DNA of 37,420 nucleotides from Candidatus Phycocordibacter aenigmaticus (GCA_045401115.1 CP174359.1:613247-650666), one strand, 5' to 3'; counted from the first letter of the stretch, positions 1 through 6,823 are shown. Program-made: numbers and translations. Notes: generated by a model from the sequence alone, not told the origin.

Positions 1-433
1 ACTCCCAGACATTTATTGATTCAAAAAAATCTTTAGTATGACCGATCCAATCTTTTGTGTCGGTAGCATTAAAATCCTGTTCCAGAAACAGGAAGTATCC
101 CTTTGCATAAAGCTTATCTTTGAAACATGATCGAAGCTTTGTATTACCACGGTTCTCTAAGTCTCTTGCAAGAACTTCAATTACATTATAGAAAAGACCA
201 CAATCATTCCACTCATGATATCGTCTGTTACATGTCTGAAATGAGGGTGCTCCAGGGTAATTTAGGTCACGCCATGTGTACCCGCTAGTGCTCCCAAACA
301 CAAACATGAAGAGGCACATTTCAAACACATGTTTTTCATCCTTACGTTTGCGACCACGAGTTTCAAGAGTAGAGATCTTAGGAATCAAGGGTTTTATGAT
401 ATCCCATTGCTTGTTGGACAGTTTTAATATCAT
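1..433 (-). CDS. IS5-family transposase-like protein (DUF4096-like N-terminal domain), runs off the window edge; not in the ORF track
   Basis: Manual translation from ATG 433: MILKLSNKQWDIIKPLIP..RGRKRKDEKHVFE..WRDL..PSFQTCNRRYHEWNDCGLF..LARDLENRG..LRSCFKD, open to base 1. Matches the IS5-type pattern LxxxQW..GRP..WRDL..TxxRRFxxW. Confidence 0.7.
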   Translation of the reverse strand, partial: MILKLSNKQWDIIKPLIPKISTLETRGRKRKDEKHVFEMCLFMFVFGSTSGYTWRDLNYPGAPSFQTCNRRYHEWNDCGLFYNVIEVLARDLENRGNTKLRSCFKDKLYAKGYFLFLEQDFNATDTKDWIGHTKDFFESINVWE

Positions 434-505
434 GATTCAATTATCGCATGATGCATAAATAGAATCAGTACTAAAATAAATGTAGAATGAAAATCAAGGC
501 GACAT

Positions 506-1213
506 ATGATAAACAAGGCATATATTGATATACAGAAATTGAGTCACGATGAGCAATTCAGTACTGATCTTTGTGATGCTAGAAAAAGACTGGAAATTCC
601 TGAACATGGATATAAAAATATGACCGAAGCACTTTCTCGCTACTTTGGTAAGGGACCAAGTAGTATCGATGAAATAACTGCAGAAGCAATAGCACTGATT
701 GATAAATATAGTCTGCCACACGCATACTATCATCACATGACTACGTATTTAGTCGGAGAAAGTCTCTGTAAATCCATGACTAAGGACAATAACGGAACTT
801 GTGAATTTGACCCAGATTCAGGACTAGGTCAATCTAAAACAGAAGTCAGCAATAGGTGGATTCAGGGAAATAAAGAATTCAAGACCTTATACATATCTGA
901 AGATGCTACCAGAGAGTCTATAAACAAATACTTAGATTTATTTTGGGGTGTAACAGAAGTGTCTCTAAAGAAAAGTGAGGTGACAAAACATAAAGAAGAC
1001 AAGAAACTTGATCGTGACATGGCAATTCTAAAACTGTCACAAACAAGCACAGAAGAGTTGGAAGATCTTTTGGATATAAAAGATAATATCCCGGGACAAG
1101 AGAAAAAACTTCGTCTAATCAAAAGGATTGTTGTTGAAGAATTTGGTGACGAGTTAACTATCAAGACACTAAAAAACATAATAGCCAAAACAAAAAAGTC
1201 CCAGTTTAAGTAA
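506..1213 (+). CDS. Hypothetical protein, possible C-terminal helical DNA-binding region
   Basis: 235-aa ORF with a basic helical C-terminus (RDMAILKL...TIKTLKNIIAK); no family recognised. Confidence 0.65.
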   Translation: MINKAYIDIQKLSHDEQFSTDLCDARKRLEIPEHGYKNMTEALSRYFGKGPSSIDEITAEAIALIDKYSLPHAYYHHMTTYLVGESLCKSMTKDNNGTCEFDPDSGLGQSKTEVSNRWIQGNKEFKTLYISEDATRESINKYLDLFWGVTEVSLKKSEVTKHKEDKKLDRDMAILKLSQTSTEELEDLLDIKDNIPGQEKKLRLIKRIVVEEFGDELTIKTLKNIIAKTKKSQFK

Positions 1214-1265
1214 GCAACTTAAAACAAGGATTACAAAAAACCTCACTCCAATAAGATGGTCACAT

Positions 1266-1343
1266 GATCATCTTTTTTGATGATCTGAAGGCGACTAATT
1301 CGTAGATAATCACCCCTTGGTTAGTCGCCTTGCCGAGGGGTGA
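1266..1343 (+). other. Structured element: small hairpin plus two interleaved 11-bp inverted repeats (pseudoknot or switch)
   Basis: AAGGCGACTAA 1288-1298 pairs with TTAGTCGCCTT 1321-1331; TCACCCCTTGG 1310-1320 pairs with CCGAGGGGTGA 1333-1343 (one G-U); GATCATC-T6-GATGATC at 1266-1285. Confidence 0.6.
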
Positions 1344-1349
1344 ATGTTT

Positions 1350-1520
1350 ATGAATTTCTCTAAAGCACACCTAAAGAAACTTGAGTCGATACTTCAAAAA
1401 GATTATGGAGGAAGTTTTAATGATGCTGAATTGAGAAAGATTGCTGAGCAATTGTCACGCATGACATATCTTGCTCAGAAAAACCTAAACAAAAACTTAC
1501 AAAAACATGTTAACACCTAG
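1350..1520 (+). CDS. Small helical hypothetical protein (56 aa) upstream of the recombinase
   Basis: MNFSKAHLKKLESILQKDYGGSFNDAELRKIAEQLSRMTYLAQKNLNKNLQKHVNT*; preceded by SD-like GAGGGG (1335-1340); alternative in-frame ATG at 1344; below the ORF track cutoff. Confidence 0.65.
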   Translation: MNFSKAHLKKLESILQKDYGGSFNDAELRKIAEQLSRMTYLAQKNLNKNLQKHVNT

Positions 1521-1593
1521 GAACTGGATATAGTTCGAACCTTCGGGTATTTGTTGTGTCACATATAACAATTACAAAACTAAAAGCGACAAC

Positions 1594-3318
1594 ATGAATT
1601 ATCACGATAATTACAAAGAGTATGAGTTTGCTATGTATAACAGGAAATCAAGTGAAAGCGATGAAAGACAAGCTCTCTCAATCGAATCACAAAGAGAAAG
1701 AAATCAGCAAACAGCAGAATACTACGATATAAAAATTAAACCTGAGAACATAATTGAGGAATCAAAGTCAGCGAAAAAATCTGGAATGAGACCCGAGTTT
1801 AACAAACTATTAGGCAACATACGGAAAGGAAAAATTCATGGGATTATAGTCTGGAATATAGATCGAATATCTAGAAACGCTGGTGATGCAGGTCAAGTAA
1901 TTGATCTAATTGATGAAGAAAAACTAAAGTATGTCATAACTCCTCAACAGACATTTAAAAACCTACCAAACGATAAAATGATGCTCAATTTCTACTGCAT
2001 GCAGGCAAAGGTTGAGAATGATCATAAAGGTGAGGGTGTGAAAAGAGGACTCATAAAGAAAAGAGAGATGGGTTACCCGCCACATGGTGTAGGCGTCGGT
2101 TACTTAAACGACTCAGGAGAAAAGGGATATAGAACAATCTATCCAGATCCTGAAAGATTTGAAGTAGTTAAACAACTGTTCCAGATGTATCTCACTAGAA
2201 AATATAGTGCGAGACAACTACATATACATGCCAGAGATGAATTAGGACTTACGTCAGTGCCAAGAAAGTCTATTGGTGGGACCCCAATAAGTAAAACTGC
2301 TTTTTATGGAATGTTAAGAAATCCAATATATGCAGGCTTCTTCTATGGCAAGAATGCAGAGAATGAAATGGTGCGATACGAAGTACATAAATCAGTACCA
2401 CGAATGATAACGGAAACTCAACACAAGAAAGTAATTTCACTCCTGAAAAGAAACGGAAACCCACGCCCGTGGTCACATGTAGACGAATACCCGTTCAAAC
2501 AATTCTTGAAATGTGGATCTTGTGGCGGATCGGTCACTGCTGAAAGAAAAAATCAGGTGTATTGTTTTGACTGCAAAAAGAAAACGTCAATTCTGCAGAA
2601 CAATGTTTGCAACGGGTGTGGCAGAGATATATACAACATCAAGAAAAAGACCATTATAGATATAACGTATTACCGTTGTTGTAACAGAAATACGAACTGC
2701 AAGTCGGTAGAAGGTAGTAAAACTGAGACCACTTTAACAAATAAGCTTCTAGAAGATTATGCCCAGAAATTGGCAATATCACCCGCCTTAAAAGAATGGT
2801 GTTTAGATAGCATAGGTATATTAGAACAGAAAGAGAAAAAGGAGGGTAAAAAAATAGAAAAAACATGGCTAGTGAAACTGGAAGAATACAAATCCAAGCA
2901 GGAGAAACTACTTGATGCTCATCTAAACAACCTCATTGATAATGAGGAATACAAAGCAAAGAAAGCTGAAATACAGGATAAGGTTGATACTCTGACAGCA
3001 AAAATAGACCCCATAGTGCGTAAGAAGATAGATATGAAGGAACTACAACGTAAGTTCGATATATTAACGGAATTTGCAGATGTAATTAAAAATGGAGACT
3101 ATGAGGAGAAGATTGAGGCACTCTCCTTAATGGGTTCGAACCTAACGATAACCAGAGAAAAGATTAGTATTAGCAAGACAATTCTGTATCGGGCAATTGA
3201 AAGAGGGCTTTATGAAGCAAAACTCAAAAATCCTATGTTCGAACCTGAAAAGTATCAAGCAAATAAAGAACAAACCGAAGCTTTCGCTTCGGTTTGTCCC
3301 ACTCTGCTCCGCGAGTAG
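1594..3318 (+). CDS. Large serine recombinase/integrase (resolvase, recombinase and Zn-ribbon domains, coiled coil)
   Basis: YNRKSSE catalytic Ser motif, Q..SIESQ, RPEF, DRISRN, NPIYAG, CGSCG Zn ribbon, C-terminal coiled coil. Confidence 0.93.
   Translation: MNYHDNYKEYEFAMYNRKSSESDERQALSIESQRERNQQTAEYYDIKIKPENIIEESKSAKKSGMRPEFNKLLGNIRKGKIHGIIVWNIDRISRNAGDAGQVIDLIDEEKLKYVITPQQTFKNLPNDKMMLNFYCMQAKVENDHKGEGVKRGLIKKREMGYPPHGVGVGYLNDSGEKGYRTIYPDPERFEVVKQLFQMYLTRKYSARQLHIHARDELGLTSVPRKSIGGTPISKTAFYGMLRNPIYAGFFYGKNAENEMVRYEVHKSVPRMITETQHKKVISLLKRNGNPRPWSHVDEYPFKQFLKCGSCGGSVTAERKNQVYCFDCKKKTSILQNNVCNGCGRDIYNIKKKTIIDITYYRCCNRNTNCKSVEGSKTETTLTNKLLEDYAQKLAISPALKEWCLDSIGILEQKEKKEGKKIEKTWLVKLEEYKSKQEKLLDAHLNNLIDNEEYKAKKAEIQDKVDTLTAKIDPIVRKKIDMKELQRKFDILTEFADVIKNGDYEEKIEALSLMGSNLTITREKISISKTILYRAIERGLYEAKLKNPMFEPEKYQANKEQTEAFASVCPTLLRE
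3261..3297 (-). terminator. Intrinsic terminator downstream of tRNA-Asn, embedded antisense in the recombinase CDS
   Basis: 12-bp perfect stem 3270-3281/3286-3297, GAAA loop on the minus strand, followed by TCTTTATTT. Confidence 0.7.
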
Positions 3319-3692
3319 GACTCGAACCTACAACCAACTCGTTACATGTGATCCCAATGTTTCCAAAGGGCATGGACTATATCATCACCCGCTACATAAA
3401 GTAGTGAGGGTGCGAGGCGCTTCCCAGAACATCTCTGTTCTAGTACTCCCGAAGGATAGTCTCTGAACCTTCCTTGAGAAAATATCTCAAAGCTTGGCTG
3501 CTGATTGCCCGTTCTCTTATAGAGAGTGTGGGTTTCCAGTACCGAAAACAAGCTTACGCTTGACGGCATTCACGGTTTTTTAATTTGCTTGGCAAAAATA
3601 AAACCGGAACAATTCACCTCGTTTGCGCACTAGGGTTTCCCCTAGCGGCTGCCTTGTGACAGCGAGCTGCTCTACCATTGAGCTATCGCGGA
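3307..3692 (-). tRNA. tRNA-Asn(GTT), intron-containing: 5' exon 3692-3659, 3' exon 3344-3307
   Basis: Spliced sequence TCCGCGATAGCTCAATGGTAGAGCAGCTCGCTGT^TAACGAGTTGGTTGTAGGTTCGAGTCCTACTCGCGGAG folds as a full cloverleaf with acceptor TCCGCGA/TCGCGGA, G73 and anticodon loop CT-GTT-AA. CCA is not encoded. Confidence 0.93.
3345..3658 (-). ncRNA. Group I self-splicing intron (314 nt, no ORF; P7.1/P7.2 present, IA-like) between anticodon positions 35 and 36
   Basis: P1 GCUGU-C/G-GCAGC with U.G at the 5' splice site; P2 CUAGGG-GAAA-CCCUAG; P3 CGAGGUG/CGCCUCG; Q AAUCAGCAGC; R GUUCAGAGACUA; S AUGAUAUAGUCC; P7 GACUA/UAGUC; terminal G at 3345. Confidence 0.92.
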
Positions 3693-3784
3693 TTATTCTG
3701 TTTTCAATTTCTTCATCCGCGAGAGCTCAAATGAGATCGCGGATTGTTTTTTCACGGAACGGCCCTCTATAGAGAGCTTGTGCT

Positions 3785-3812
3785 ATTTTAGCCAATTTTT
3801 CACGGTATGCAA
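3785..3812 (-). promoter_or_regulatory. Putative sigma70 promoter for tRNA-Asn
   Basis: Minus strand TTGCAT-16 nt-TAAAAT about 90 nt upstream of the tRNA. Confidence 0.5.
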
Positions 3813-3866
3813 ACCCCTTTTCTTTTTTAGACTAAACCACAAGAATCTTTACATCTCGCACACAGA

Positions 3867-4220
3867 TTATTCTTTTTTACTATCAACCTCTGTAAGACCG
3901 CCTGAATCTTTAAAAGCATTAAGTGTCAGGAGATGTAAAACCCTCATAAGTATATTTTGAATGGGTTTATCTGATATTTGCGTTTCAATAAACCGACTAA
4001 GTGTTTCCTCAGTATCGCGACGTGCGGTTGGAGATTCTGCACCGCCTTTTATTTTTAATACTTGCCAAAAGGTATGCATTAATGCCTTTGCAAGACTAAA
4101 AAAATTCCTACGCTTTGATTCATTAAGGTCAGCAATATCATCTTCAGAAATACCGAGATCACTCAGATCCTCGGGAATCTCTGTTTCATCATGGGTGCCT
4201 TCGTGCGACATAGTGTGCAC
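3867..4220 (-). CDS. Hypothetical protein
   Basis: 117-aa ORF with acidic N-terminus and helical character; fills the intergenic space; the start may be the ATG at 4211. Confidence 0.55.
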   Translation of the reverse strand: MHTMSHEGTHDETEIPEDLSDLGISEDDIADLNESKRRNFFSLAKALMHTFWQVLKIKGGAESPTARRDTEETLSRFIETQISDKPIQNILMRVLHLLTLNAFKDSGGLTEVDSKKE

Positions 4221-4308
4221 AGTATTCTTTTTTTAAAAAAATGCAATATTACACATTTAAAATGTATAAAATCTCCTATTTATTTTTAAAATGGTAAAGT
4301 AGAAACAT

Positions 4309-4608
4309 ATGGATATTATGACACTTATCGCGGCAGCACTTATTGGCGCATCTTTTGCTTTTATATTCCGCAAAGCACGTGGAGACAGACGTGCACCTAT
4401 TTTGGGACCATCTGAAGAAAAGGAAGAAGGTAAAGATAGAATTATCACTTACCTAAGAAAACACCACGAAATACGCAATAATGACGTGGAGGAACTTTTG
4501 GGAGTTTCAGATGCGACCGCAACACGTTACCTTGAAGAACTTGAAATAGAAGACCGTATAACACAAGTGGGCACGTCGGGACGGAATGTGTACTACATTC
4601 TAAAATAA
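4309..4608 (+). CDS. Membrane-anchored winged-HTH (DeoR-type HTH) protein
   Basis: N-terminal hydrophobic helix, then IRNNDVEELLGVSDATATRYLEELE..G..GRNVYY. Confidence 0.75.
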   Translation: MDIMTLIAAALIGASFAFIFRKARGDRRAPILGPSEEKEEGKDRIITYLRKHHEIRNNDVEELLGVSDATATRYLEELEIEDRITQVGTSGRNVYYILK

Positions 4609-4626
4609 AAACGGAGCTTTGTTTTT

Positions 4627-4655
4627 ATAAACGGCTCACCCAGTGAGCCGTTTAT
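4627..4655. terminator. Hairpin/terminator, copy 1 of AAACGGCTCAC-loop-GTGAGCCGTTT
   Basis: 13-bp perfect stem after the HTH gene, followed by a T-rich tract. Confidence 0.6.
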
Positions 4656-4675
4656 TTTAATGCTAAAATTTATAT

Positions 4676-4861
4676 ATGACTGAAAATAAATGTACTCATT
4701 GTAATAAAAAACATACGTGTGAACGTGGAGGTCTTATGGGCGGCGGTGCGTGGTTAACTGGATGGCTTTTTACTATTGGTTTTCTACAACTCACCGTTTT
4801 AAAAGGTTTACTTGCTCTCTTGCTTTGGCCCTATTATCTCGGTGTCCACTTCGGTATATAA
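4676..4861 (+). CDS. Small membrane protein with N-terminal Cys/His cluster
   Basis: 61 aa; CTHCNKKHTC followed by hydrophobic segments (GWLFTIGF..LLLWPYYLG). Confidence 0.65.
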   Translation: MTENKCTHCNKKHTCERGGLMGGGAWLTGWLFTIGFLQLTVLKGLLALLLWPYYLGVHFGI

Positions 4862-4863
4862 AC

Positions 4864-4888
4864 AAAGCCCACAAGTGTGGGCTTTTTT
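4864..4888. terminator. Bidirectional intrinsic terminator
   Basis: AAAGCCCAC-AAGT-GTGGGCTTTTTT between convergent genes. Confidence 0.7.
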
Positions 4889-4889
4889 G

Positions 4890-6701
4890 TTATTCAACCG
4901 TCACTGACTTTGCTAAGTTACGCGGACGGTCTACGTTTACCCCACGCGCGGCTGCAACGTAATATGCAAGCAATTGCAATGGAATAAGGTGGAGAATAGG
5001 AGCAAGCTGTTCAATAGTCTGTGGCACCACAATTAGATCATTAGTAGGTGCCCCATCCTGTCTATCGGATATTACGAGCACGCGGCCGCCGCGAGCACGT
5101 ACTTCTTCTATATTAGAGCGCATTTTTTCATACACACTATCCCCCGGCGCTAGTGCAATGACTGGGAAATGTTCATCAATGAGCGCCAGTGGACCATGCT
5201 TCATTTCACCGGCAGCGTAGCCTTCTGCGTGGATATAGGAAACTTCTTTGAGTTTAAGCGCACCCTCAAGCGCTATCGGAAAATGGTACTTTCGCCCCAG
5301 AAAGAGTGCATTTGTCGCGTCGTCATAGCGGAGTGCATGCGTTTTAATTGAATCAACGTTTTCAAGCAGAGTGTGAATCTTCTTTGGTAACGCGAGCAGC
5401 TCACCGATACACTGCGTCTGCACTGATTTCGAAAGAGAACGACGTGCACTAATATAAAGTCCAATAAGATTTAGTACAACCATCTGTGAAATAAAGGCTT
5501 TAGTAGAGGCGACGCTTACTTCAGGACCTGCATGATTATATACACCAGCATCCACTTCACGCGCGATACTTGAACCAACTACATTCACTATACCGAGTGT
5601 AAGAATACCTTTGCGTTTTGCTTCACGAATCGCCTCAAGAGTATCGGCGGTTTCTCCTGATTGAGAAATAGCAAGCACTATTTCTCCTTTGTGTAATATT
5701 GGATCACGGTAACGAAACTCCGATGCCAAATCAACACTCACTGGAATACCAGTGAGTTCTTCTAAGATGTATTTTCCATACAGACCGGCATAATACGCAC
5801 TACCACAGCCAACGACATGAATACGGGTTGCGTGGCGTAGTGCATCCTGTACGTCATCAAGACCACCGAGGCGCACTTCTGGATGTTCGGCGCTTATGCG
5901 TCCGCGGAGTGTATTTTCTACTACAGTCGGTGCCTCGTGTATTTCTTTAAGCATAAAATGCGGGTACCCATCTTTTTGTATATCTTCTAGTGCATGTTCT
6001 ATGCGCGTTGAAGCGCGATTGCACATGACACCATCCAACGTTTCTATGTGATGCTCATCCTTCGTAATCACTGCAAGTTCCCCATCTTCAAGATAAATAA
6101 CATCACTTGTATGTTTCAGTACCGCAGAAGCGTCTGAGGCAATGAGATACTCACCTTCTCCTACACCAAGCAGTAATGGGCTTCCCATCCGTGCAGCAAT
6201 CAACGTATCCGGTTCTTTTTCAGAAAAAACAACAACACCATATGCACCTGTTACTTGTGTCAGCGCGCGACGCACTGCCAGACTGAGTGGAATATCATCA
6301 GTATATTCACGCTCAATAAGTTGCGCGAGCACCTCAGAATCAGTATCGGATACCAGCGTGCACCCAGACGCTTCTAATTCTTTTTTCAACTCGCGATAAT
6401 TCTCAATAATGCCGTTATGGACGAGCCACACTTTTTTATTTACACCACAGTGTGGGTGTGCATTCTCTTTTGTAGGAGGACCATGCGTTGCCCAGCGTGT
6501 ATGCGCGATACCAACCTGCGCAACACTTTCTGTATGTAAAATTTCAGCCAGGTTACTTACTGGCCCAGCTGTTTTATATATCGGCTCACCCAACACCTTG
6601 ATCCCTGCCGAGTCGTACCCACGATATTCAAGTGTAAAAAGTCCCTGCAATAATATAGGTGATGCTTTTTGTTTTCCAACGTATCCGACAATGCCACACA
6701 T
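4890..6701 (-). CDS. glmS: Glutamine--fructose-6-phosphate aminotransferase (isomerizing)
   Basis: MCGIVG, EYRGYDSAG, HTRWATHG, SQSGETADT, PRNLAKSVTVE. Confidence 0.98.
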   Translation of the reverse strand: MCGIVGYVGKQKASPILLQGLFTLEYRGYDSAGIKVLGEPIYKTAGPVSNLAEILHTESVAQVGIAHTRWATHGPPTKENAHPHCGVNKKVWLVHNGIIENYRELKKELEASGCTLVSDTDSEVLAQLIEREYTDDIPLSLAVRRALTQVTGAYGVVVFSEKEPDTLIAARMGSPLLLGVGEGEYLIASDASAVLKHTSDVIYLEDGELAVITKDEHHIETLDGVMCNRASTRIEHALEDIQKDGYPHFMLKEIHEAPTVVENTLRGRISAEHPEVRLGGLDDVQDALRHATRIHVVGCGSAYYAGLYGKYILEELTGIPVSVDLASEFRYRDPILHKGEIVLAISQSGETADTLEAIREAKRKGILTLGIVNVVGSSIAREVDAGVYNHAGPEVSVASTKAFISQMVVLNLIGLYISARRSLSKSVQTQCIGELLALPKKIHTLLENVDSIKTHALRYDDATNALFLGRKYHFPIALEGALKLKEVSYIHAEGYAAGEMKHGPLALIDEHFPVIALAPGDSVYEKMRSNIEEVRARGGRVLVISDRQDGAPTNDLIVVPQTIEQLAPILHLIPLQLLAYYVAAARGVNVDRPRNLAKSVTVE

Positions 6702-6781
6702 AGTTTCTAAAATAAGAACCGATGTACCTCCTTTTTAGTTACAACTATTGTGATTGTGTTAGTTTTCAACAACCGTATTCT

Positions 6782-6823
6782 ATACAATAAGCGCTACTTG
6801 TTATAAAGTAGCGCTTATTGTAT
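6782..6823. repeat. 18-bp perfect inverted repeat in a divergent intergenic region
   Basis: ATACAATAAGCGCTACTT-GTTATA-AAGTAGCGCTTATTGTAT. Confidence 0.8.

Larger units (their letters stand above)
1..3318. mobile_element. Right end of a putative integrative element/genomic island at tRNA-Asn
   Basis: Visibly AT-richer than the rest of the window; transposase-like ORF, hypothetical genes and a large serine recombinase abutting a tRNA 3' end. The left boundary is outside the window. Confidence 0.7.

Noticed and set aside
276-458. 60-aa + strand ORF
   Set aside because: Antisense shadow of the IS5-like ORF on the minus strand.
3197-3569. ORFs 3197-3466 (+) and 3342-3569 (-) as an intron-encoded homing endonuclease
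   Set aside because: Short, overlap the ribozyme core, and have no LAGLIDADG, HNH or GIY-YIG motif.
3655-3692. Reading the 5' tRNA half as tRNA-Asp(GTC) or as a tRNA fragment/att scar
   Set aside because: GTC arises only from the first intron base; P1 pairing and the terminal G define the junction GT^T, giving GTT and a complete cloverleaf.
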